Source: an uncultured virus (IMG/VR IMGVR_UViG_3300040811_000464)
Lineage: Duplodnaviria; Heunggongvirae; Uroviricota; Caudoviricetes
IMG/VR virus record: IMGVR_UViG_3300040811_000464
Strand: one strand, 5' to 3'
DNA: 64,000 bases
In this document: positions 10,197-18,500 of the stretch, piece by piece
Layout: the number at the start of each line of letters is the position of its first letter
Numbering within the stretch: position 1 is the stretch's first letter
Notes under the pieces: generated by a model
What the model was told of the DNA's origin: nothing
What the model saw: the letters and a program-made list of their open reading frames with translations, nothing else
The model's database searches: none
Position numbers and translations under genes: made by a program

Positions 10197-11973
10197 CACT
10201 GAAACTGAAAGAGGTCATTTTGGAGTTACTTGGCAAAAAGAACATAGGCTTTTGCCTTATACTCGTCCTACATTATCAACCGAAAGAGTATCATTGTATC
10301 ACAAAGAAGGTTATTTAACAAATACTGCAATTAATTTTACAGTAGAAGAATACACTGAACCGACTATACCTACATGGGCAAATGATATAGAAAGAGTATT
10401 TGGACTGTTTGATCAAGGTCTTAAATTTGTTCGTTTAAGTCAGTATGATGTTATTCCCCCACATGTCCCTACAATCACTGATTATTGCATAGAAAACAAA
10501 GCAGATCCTGATGACGTAATGATCGGTTACTTAATGTTAGAAGACTGGCAACCAGGACATCTATTAGAAATTGGTGGCATACCGCACACTAATTGGAAGA
10601 AGGGAGACTGGTTTAAGTTTTGGGCTGATACAAAAGTATCATATGCAAACGTAGGCAAAAAGAAAATGTATATGTTGCAATTAGTAGGTAAAGAATCTTA
10701 CGTTGGACAACTAGAACATTTGTTTCCTATTAATGTACCTAACAAACATGCAAAGCCAGAACTGTCGCATCCGTTTGTACAGACATCAATCTTGCCTTTA
10801 ATCAACCCGCAAAACGATCAACAACAATTTCACATGATATACATGCATAATGGTTATATTAAAGAACTTGATGAGATTGAACATGATCAACATGGTGTAG
10901 ATGAAATTAATAGATGGGGATTGACTATATGGTTATTTGAACCTATGTGTTCATATTATGAAGGAGAAAAATTTACACAGGGATTTTATAGTGAATTCCC
11001 TCATCCTGAAGATAAGAGCAGAATGCGTTCTAAAGAATTAGATTCTATTCAACGTTATCAACATCGCAATGGTATAAAGCCTATGATGATTACAGTTAAG
11101 ACTGGTGAATATAGAATCAAAGAATCTTATCCACATTATGCTAACGCACTAAAGTTAGAATGTGAAGACCTATATCTTATGTCACAACGTCCTATTGTAG
11201 GACTACACGCATTGATTAAAGAAGACTTTCACAAGCACAAGTTCAATAAACATTTTATATCGTTGAACTGGAGATTTACAAAACATCGTCAAATCTTAGC
11301 AAACTTTTTAGCAGGAGAAAATGGTTATTTAAGTTGGTACTTTAGTGATTCATTAGATGTTGTAAAAGACAATTTATATTTTGATATCGATCAATGGATG
11401 ACAACATCACCTGAAGTTTATCAACAGTTAGCAGATAATAATTTAGTATGTAAAGAGAATGCACCCTATACTGTAGACAAACCAAGTGATATAGGAATCG
11501 ATTCGCAAGAAGCAATTTGGCCTAAAGTTGCAGAATACAAAGACGGACAAACACCATCATTATACAATACAAAAGAAACAATGTTAGCAAACTTTTATAG
11601 AAATGTGTTTGTAGATATTGTAACAGAAACTAGATTTGCACAGTCTTGTGCGAACTATAGTGAAAAAGTATTGCAACCAATACAATACATGAAGCCGTTT
11701 ATATTATTAGCACCACCGCATACATTAAAGTATATTAAAGAGTCTGGTTATCAAACGTTTGATCAGTTTTGGGACGAAAGTTATGATGAAACTGAAGATC
11801 ACGGCGAACGTTTAAGAAAAATATTAGAGTTGATTAAATCAATTTTAGATAAACCTCTGTCAGAACTACATGATATGTACGAACAAATGATGCCCATATT
11901 AGAACACAATAGAGAAACATATTTAAAACTAACATGGAGCCCAAATTTTGATGACACGGAGTTTCATAACTAA
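10105..11973 (+). CDS. Fusion of a cupin-like N-domain and a glycosyltransferase-like C-domain; true start uncertain, possibly ATT at 10192
   Basis: N-part resembles the 5610-6200 ORF. C-part has LNWR..HR and DIVTETRF..YSEK..KPFIL like the 34058 ORF. Confidence 0.6.
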   Translation: MQLHVYLNYGHIKTILIYQHTKFLTKGCNINTETERGHFGVTWQKEHRLLPYTRPTLSTERVSLYHKEGYLTNTAINFTVEEYTEPTIPTWANDIERVFGLFDQGLKFVRLSQYDVIPPHVPTITDYCIENKADPDDVMIGYLMLEDWQPGHLLEIGGIPHTNWKKGDWFKFWADTKVSYANVGKKKMYMLQLVGKESYVGQLEHLFPINVPNKHAKPELSHPFVQTSILPLINPQNDQQQFHMIYMHNGYIKELDEIEHDQHGVDEINRWGLTIWLFEPMCSYYEGEKFTQGFYSEFPHPEDKSRMRSKELDSIQRYQHRNGIKPMMITVKTGEYRIKESYPHYANALKLECEDLYLMSQRPIVGLHALIKEDFHKHKFNKHFISLNWRFTKHRQILANFLAGENGYLSWYFSDSLDVVKDNLYFDIDQWMTTSPEVYQQLADNNLVCKENAPYTVDKPSDIGIDSQEAIWPKVAEYKDGQTPSLYNTKETMLANFYRNVFVDIVTETRFAQSCANYSEKVLQPIQYMKPFILLAPPHTLKYIKESGYQTFDQFWDESYDETEDHGERLRKILELIKSILDKPLSELHDMYEQMMPILEHNRETYLKLTWSPNFDDTEFHN

Positions 11974-12855
11974 ATGCAAACTAAAGTTTCCCATGATGAC
12001 TTTTTGACATTTCATGGACATGGTAAAGATTACAGAATAGATATTAAATCTATTCCTAGAACAGCAGAATCATATTATAAAGAGGCTATAAAAGCCGCTC
12101 AAACAATATATGATGAATCTGATGACGATGTTCATATTATGTTTGGTGGAGGCAATGACTGTGAATACATGGTCAATGTTTTTAGAGAAGCAAAGATACC
12201 ATTTACAGTTGCTATCATAAGTTATGGTAAAGATTTTAAATATAATATGCATGACACACGATATGCATTAGACTGGTGTGACAAGTATAAGTACAAACCA
12301 GTTATAATTGATTTAGATATTGAAGAATTTGTAAAGTCAGGTCAAATGTATGACGTAGCAGAAGAATCTAAATGTTGCGAATATAGAATGACTACTACAA
12401 TGATAGGTGCTAGTAAAGTAGATGGCACAGTTGTAATGGCAAACGAGCCACAAGTATGTAAAACTGATGATGGCACTTGGGTTTGGGAAGAGTATGAAAG
12501 AATAAACAGTTACGGTAACTGGTGGGAGTCAAGAGGATTAAAAGGAACATCAGATTTTGGCTCATACACAGGGGAACAAGTACTTGCGTTTTTACAAGAA
12601 CCGATTATTAAACGTTTAGTAAATAATGAATTAGATTATGCATCGTCTGTGCCTGTTAAACAACTTTTATATAATCAAAATTCTTGGTCTCAAATCAAAC
12701 GATGGAAGAGAACAGGATGGGAAAGATTTGAAAGAACTGATTTGTTTGCTAGTCTAAACGTAAAAGCAAACATGAGATATTTTACAGAACGATATAATGG
12801 CAGTTTTTATTTAGATTATGATGAAACTGTAAAACGATTGAGAGGAATAACATGA
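11974..12855 (+). CDS. Adenine nucleotide alpha-hydrolase-like protein with degenerate PP-loop
   Basis: IMFGGGNDCE sits where SGGxDS is expected. Confidence 0.45.
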   Translation: MQTKVSHDDFLTFHGHGKDYRIDIKSIPRTAESYYKEAIKAAQTIYDESDDDVHIMFGGGNDCEYMVNVFREAKIPFTVAIISYGKDFKYNMHDTRYALDWCDKYKYKPVIIDLDIEEFVKSGQMYDVAEESKCCEYRMTTTMIGASKVDGTVVMANEPQVCKTDDGTWVWEEYERINSYGNWWESRGLKGTSDFGSYTGEQVLAFLQEPIIKRLVNNELDYASSVPVKQLLYNQNSWSQIKRWKRTGWERFERTDLFASLNVKANMRYFTERYNGSFYLDYDETVKRLRGIT

Positions 12856-13610
12856 AAAAAGAAAAGATATTATTAATTGCTGGATGTTCACATGCCGCAG
12901 GATCTGAGATTGACGGCAATGAAGATTCAGACTACAATAGAGAACATTCATACGGTGCATTAATTGCTAAACATTTAAAACGTAAACCAGTTAATATCGC
13001 ACAAGTGGGTGCAACTAATACAGGTATTAGTAGACAAGTATTGCAATGGTTTCATAATTGCTATAATCCAGATACTATGAATGTAAATGTACTTGTATCT
13101 TGGACGGAACCTACTAGATTAGAAGTGCCTAGTGAATCAGAACGCAACTATCAAAGTGCATCACATGCAACTGATTGGTATGAAAAAGGTAGTGACTATT
13201 TTTATAAAGTTATCATAGGTTGGATCGGAGAAGACGAAGAAGAAAAAAGAGACACTCCAGACTTGCACAAATTTATGGCTAATCATCAACCTTACTTAGA
13301 ATACCAATCATATCAATTAATCTTACAAATACAGTATTTGTTGCAATCACATAAGATTCCTTATATGATGTTAAATGCAATGCCATTCTTTTTAGATGAT
13401 ATAACTGCTATCAAAAATCTTCTGCCCTTGGTAGATGATAATAAATACTATCAGTTAAACAATAAAGACGAAGCATTTTATCAAAAATATCAACGTCTGG
13501 GATATGTCAACGAAAAAGCAAAGTATTGGCATCACGGCGAAGAACCGCATAAATTATTTGCTGATGAATTGATTAACTTTAATGAGGAATACAAATGTTT
13601 AAAAAGATAA
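12852..13610 (+). CDS. SGNH/GDSL hydrolase-fold protein
   Basis: AGCSHAAG, NIAQVGATN and WHHGEEPH motifs. Confidence 0.6.
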   Translation: MKKEKILLIAGCSHAAGSEIDGNEDSDYNREHSYGALIAKHLKRKPVNIAQVGATNTGISRQVLQWFHNCYNPDTMNVNVLVSWTEPTRLEVPSESERNYQSASHATDWYEKGSDYFYKVIIGWIGEDEEEKRDTPDLHKFMANHQPYLEYQSYQLILQIQYLLQSHKIPYMMLNAMPFFLDDITAIKNLLPLVDDNKYYQLNNKDEAFYQKYQRLGYVNEKAKYWHHGEEPHKLFADELINFNEEYKCLKR

Positions 13611-13744
13611 TCGATAAGATTAAACATCTCTTACGTAAGATTGCAGACTTCTTAAAGACTCCTTACATCAAATACAAACGTGAAAAAGAATATAAGAAAC
13701 GTTTAGCAGAACTTAAGAAAAGAGATCCATTCATTTACAAATGA
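13595..13744 (+). CDS. Small basic protein, 49 aa, not in the ORF track
   Basis: MFKKIIDK...ELKKRDPFIYK; GAGG SD; ATGA overlap with the next gene. Confidence 0.65.
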   Translation: MFKKIIDKIKHLLRKIADFLKTPYIKYKREKEYKKRLAELKKRDPFIYK

Positions 13745-13989
13745 GTGAAAAATTAGTTAAGGCACTCTATGAAGGGGTAGTCACAATTGTTTTTGAAAAG
13801 ATTGACACAAAAGAAATCAGAATTATGCCCTGCACCCTTAACAAAGATTTTCACAAGCAAACAATTGAGATTAAAAATTTAAGTGCGATGGACACTATAG
13901 TATGTTATGCTTTAGACAAACTAGCATGGCGTGATGTTCGTATTAACACAATCAAAGATTGGTACAAAGGATATCCAAAAGAAGTATGA
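13741..13989 (+). CDS. WYL_2/DUF2693-like SH3 beta-barrel protein
   Basis: GVVTIVFEK...R.M.CTL...WRDVR pattern typical of T4-like phages. Confidence 0.6.
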   Translation: MSEKLVKALYEGVVTIVFEKIDTKEIRIMPCTLNKDFHKQTIEIKNLSAMDTIVCYALDKLAWRDVRINTIKDWYKGYPKEV

Positions 13990-15524
13990 GTAGAAAATAT
14001 ATAGGTATAAGTTGTGGCTTCCATGATGCAGGCGTATCTTTGGTAGACGACAACGGAGACATTTTATTTGCAGGACACAGTGAACGATATAGTAAAAAGA
14101 AACATGACTCAGAGTTGTGTCCTGAAATTATCGATGAAGCACTAGAATGGGTAGGCAACGAAGACCGGTTATTTGTAAATTATTATGAACGACCTTGGGT
14201 AAAAGCATGGCGACAGTTTAGAGCAGGTCAACAGTTAGGACCATTCAATTTTGCAGAAATATTCGGTGTTGACATATACAATACTTTAATCGAAAAAGTT
14301 ACAAAACAATGGGGTCATTTTATGCACGATGGGCATATACCTCACTTTGTTCAAACACATCCTCATCACAAATGTCATGCGGCAGCCAGTTTTCAAACAT
14401 CATCTTTTGATGAAGCAACTATAGTTATTATAGATGCGATCGGTGAAAATGATTGTGCTACTATTTGGAAAGGTTATTACAATAAAAAAGGCGAAGCAAA
14501 ATATAAAAAGTTGTGGACACTTAAGTACCCTAACTCTATTGGATTATACTATAGTGCAATGACAGCAAGATTAGGTTTACGACCACTAGACGAAGAATAT
14601 ATTTTAATGGGTATGGCCGCATATGGTGAGCCTAAATATGTTAAAGACATAGAAGATAAGTTTGGCGCCCATACAGATTCATTATTATTTAAAGAAAATA
14701 CACACATCGGCATTGATGATTCATTTTTAGAAGGAGCAGATGAGTTTGATATTGCCGCATCAGCACAAGTATACGTAGAAAAACTTATTAAGATAGTAAT
14801 GAGCAAAGCAAGACAATTAAACAAGAGTGACAACTTAGTCTATGGCGGGGGAGTCGCACTTAACTGTTCTGCTAATAGATTTTTAGGTCAATACTTTGAA
14901 AACATTTGGATTATGCCTAACCCAGGAGATGCTGGTAACTCATTAGGAGCCGCGGCACTAGGCTACGGTAAGAAATTAAATTGGAAAAATGCATTCTTGG
15001 GCACAGATATTGTAGGAGTTTATCCTGTTATTGAAACTATTAAGGCACTAAAAGAAGATAAAATTGTGGGGATAGCCTCTGGTCGTGCTGAGTTCGGTCC
15101 TAGAGCATTGGGAACTAGATCATTACTAGCAGACCCAAGAGGATCAAAGATAAAATCAGAAGTAAACAAGATTAAAAAGAGACAACAGTTTAGACCGTTT
15201 GCTCCTATGATACTAGAAGAACTTGTAGATGAATATTTTGAAATGCCGGCGCATTGGAACAACTCACCTTACATGCAAGTTACAGCACCTTGTAAGTATC
15301 CTAAAAAATTCCCTGCTATCGTACATAAAGACGGAACAAGTAGAGTGCAAACAGTACCAAATGACGGCACAGGCATTCGTAGATTGTTAGAAGCATGGTA
15401 TAAAGAAACAGGATGTCCTATCTTGTTAAACACATCATTAAATGTTCGAGGTGAGCCCATGGTCAATGATAGATCCGACGCAGATCGATTTGAAAAACTT
15501 TACAAGACCCGCGTAATTTCATAA
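13986..15524 (+). CDS. Carbamoyltransferase (NodU/CmcH family)
   Basis: GISCGFHDA, HHKCHAA, GGVALN, EFGPRALG.RS, RPFAP and LNTSLN motifs; ATG 13986 overlaps the upstream stop. Confidence 0.92.
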   Translation: MSRKYIGISCGFHDAGVSLVDDNGDILFAGHSERYSKKKHDSELCPEIIDEALEWVGNEDRLFVNYYERPWVKAWRQFRAGQQLGPFNFAEIFGVDIYNTLIEKVTKQWGHFMHDGHIPHFVQTHPHHKCHAAASFQTSSFDEATIVIIDAIGENDCATIWKGYYNKKGEAKYKKLWTLKYPNSIGLYYSAMTARLGLRPLDEEYILMGMAAYGEPKYVKDIEDKFGAHTDSLLFKENTHIGIDDSFLEGADEFDIAASAQVYVEKLIKIVMSKARQLNKSDNLVYGGGVALNCSANRFLGQYFENIWIMPNPGDAGNSLGAAALGYGKKLNWKNAFLGTDIVGVYPVIETIKALKEDKIVGIASGRAEFGPRALGTRSLLADPRGSKIKSEVNKIKKRQQFRPFAPMILEELVDEYFEMPAHWNNSPYMQVTAPCKYPKKFPAIVHKDGTSRVQTVPNDGTGIRRLLEAWYKETGCPILLNTSLNVRGEPMVNDRSDADRFEKLYKTRVIS

Positions 15525-15533
15525 GTATATAAT

Positions 15534-18500
15534 ATGCTTAGAGACGTATTTTACTTTGGTGAAAAACCAAACGTTCACCCTAGAGAACGAAAAGTTTTCG
15601 ATATAGATGAGGCTCGTAAAGAAGCCACTACAGATCACTTTTGGATAATTAACGAGTTCTGTGATTATGCAGGATTTGATTGGGAGTTCGATTTTGATTT
15701 TTTACCCGACGAAGATGTTTGGGCAGAAGAACACAATAATATATGGCCTAGTCAACATCAAAAAGACTCAGGCACTTGGCTATGTGCAAAAGAACAAAGT
15801 GACATTAGAGTTTATCGTGCAGATGTTGCACCAATCAAACGCAAATCTATTAAAAACGAATGTTGGAAGTTGTTCGACAAAATCGATGAAAACAAATTTG
15901 ATTTTTCATGGCATCCAGATCCTACAGATCCTCCCTACATATATGTATGGGGAAGTAAATTTGCAACAGCACAACAAAGAAGTGTTGTAGAGTATCACAC
16001 CCCTGATAACGTAGGACATGTTAAGTACATAGATACTCTTGTCGAACTTGAACCACAAATGTCTAGGTGGAAAATTAATGAACCTATCGATGAAAGTAAA
16101 GTAGACTTTACATGGCGCCCTGATCCATTAGATACAGAACCTTTTATATATGTATGGGGAAGCAAGTGGGCACCCGCAGAACAAGTACCAATCTTAGAAT
16201 ATCATGTACCTGGTAATGACGGTACAATTAAGTACATTGATAAACCAGTAGACTTAGCAGTAGATATGTCTGTGTGGGAAGTCTTAGAAGAAATTGAAGA
16301 AGATTCATTTGACTTTACATGGAGACCTGATCCAAACGAAACAGAACCATTTAATTATGTGTTTGGTAATCAATTATACGATGGTACAATTATGCCTACA
16401 CTTATATACAAAGTCGAAGGCGCAGAAGCAGTCAAGTATGTTACCGAATATACACCTAAACTAAAGTCAAAGCCAGAGTTATTTGAGTTTAACGAAAAAA
16501 TCGACATGAATGAATTTGATTTTAGTTGGAGACCTAATCCTACTAGTCCACCTTATATCTATGCGTGGGGAAATCAATGGAATAAAGCAGAAGATAAAGT
16601 TAGTATAGAGTTTAAAGTAGAAGGAGCAACTGAATATCAGTTTATGCCAGAAACAACTGTACGTATGCCGTGTGCTGATAACTGGACAATACCTGACAAC
16701 ATTCAAAAATATACATTTGATTTTAGTTGGGAACCTAATCCTAACGAGCCGGCTATGATACATGAGTTCGGCACTCAACATCAGAAGACAGGTGGACCTA
16801 TCTATACTGTAGAGGGTGCAACAGAAACAAAATATCAAAATATTTTTTACGCAATTGCAACACCCACCGAAGATAAGTGGGAAATACCTGACAATATAGA
16901 TACAAGTGAATTTGATTTCTCATGGCATCCAGACTCAACAGAACCTGTACCATACATCTATCATTTTCCAACTCAATGGGCTATGTCAGGTGGTCCTGTA
17001 TATCGTTGTGATGATGCAGAAGAAATTAAATATGTAGATTCACAAGTAGCAAAAGCATTGCCATGCAAAGATAATTGGGAATTTAATCCTAAGTTAATCG
17101 AAGAAGATTCATTTGATTTTTCTTGGCACCCTTACGCAGAAGATGAGCCGTACATTTATCAATTTGGTACTCAATGGCAAAAAACAGGCGGACCAAAATA
17201 TATTACTCCAGGTGTACATGAAGGCAGTGCTGTCAAATATATCGATACAAGAATTTTAAAAGCAACTAGACTAGCAGATCCAAATAGTTTCAGAGTATTG
17301 AATAACTATTGTATTAAAGGGTTTGATTTTAGTTGGCATCCCGATGAAACATCAGAGCCATTTATCTATCAGTTTGGTAATCAATATTATCCTGCTGAAC
17401 AAATGCCTACGTTAGAGTACAGAGTCATTGGAGCAGATGAAGTTAGTTATGTTAACGACTTGATAGCAACATTAGGACATGATAAAACAAACTGGGAGAT
17501 ACCAGAAAACGTAGACGTAAGTGAGTTTGACTTTAGTTGGAAGCCTAATCCAAATGAACCAGCAATGATACATGAGTTTGGTACTCAATGGCAAAAGACA
17601 GGTGGTCCAAGATATCATGTAGAGGGGGCAACTGAAGTAAAATATGAAACGCAGTTTAAAGCAAAAGCATTACCTAAAATGGACAACTGGACTGTGCCTG
17701 AAAATATCGATAGTGATAAGTTTGATTACAGTTGGCATCCAGATGCAACAAGTCCACCTTACATTTATAGATTTCCTACACAGTGGGCACTTAGCGGAGG
17801 ACCAGTCTATAAAGTTGACGGCGCAGAAGAAGTAAAATATGTAGAAGATCAAGTATCAAAAGCATTGCCGTGCAAAGACAATTGGGAGTTTGATCCTAAA
17901 TTAATTGACGAAGATGATTTCGACTATTCATGGCATCCTTATGCAGAAGATGAGCCGTTTATCTATCAGTTCGGTACTCAATGGCAAAAGACAGGTGGAC
18001 ACAAATACATAACACCCGGTGCACATGAAGGTAGTGCTATAAAATATATTGATACACGTATTATAAAATCAAAAAGATTACCTAATCCTAACAATAGACA
18101 TTGGGGAACGTTAGGTAATTATAAAATTAAAGACTTTGACTACAGTTGGCACCACGATGAAACAGATGAGCCGTTCATTTATCAGTTTGGTAACAAGTTT
18201 TATTCAGCAGAAGAAATGCCTACAATTGAATACAGAGTTATAGGTGCAGAGTCTGTCAAGTATGTACATGATGTAGTCGCACAGTTAGAAGAAAATGATG
18301 AAGATTGGATTATACCTGACGATGTAGATACAAAAAACTTTGACTTTGGTTGGAGACCGTCTCCGCTTGAAGATCAAGCATACATCTATCAGTTTGGTAC
18401 TCAATGGCAGAAGACAGGTGGACCTCAGTTTATTGTTGAAGGTGCAACTGAAGTAAAATATGTAGAAGGCAACGTTGCTCACAAGTTACCAAATAAAAAG

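Noticed and set aside
5610..15524. Saxitoxin or streptomycin biosynthetic cluster
   Set aside because: Only generic families are shared. No SxtA-like PKS or dedicated scaffold enzymes are present.
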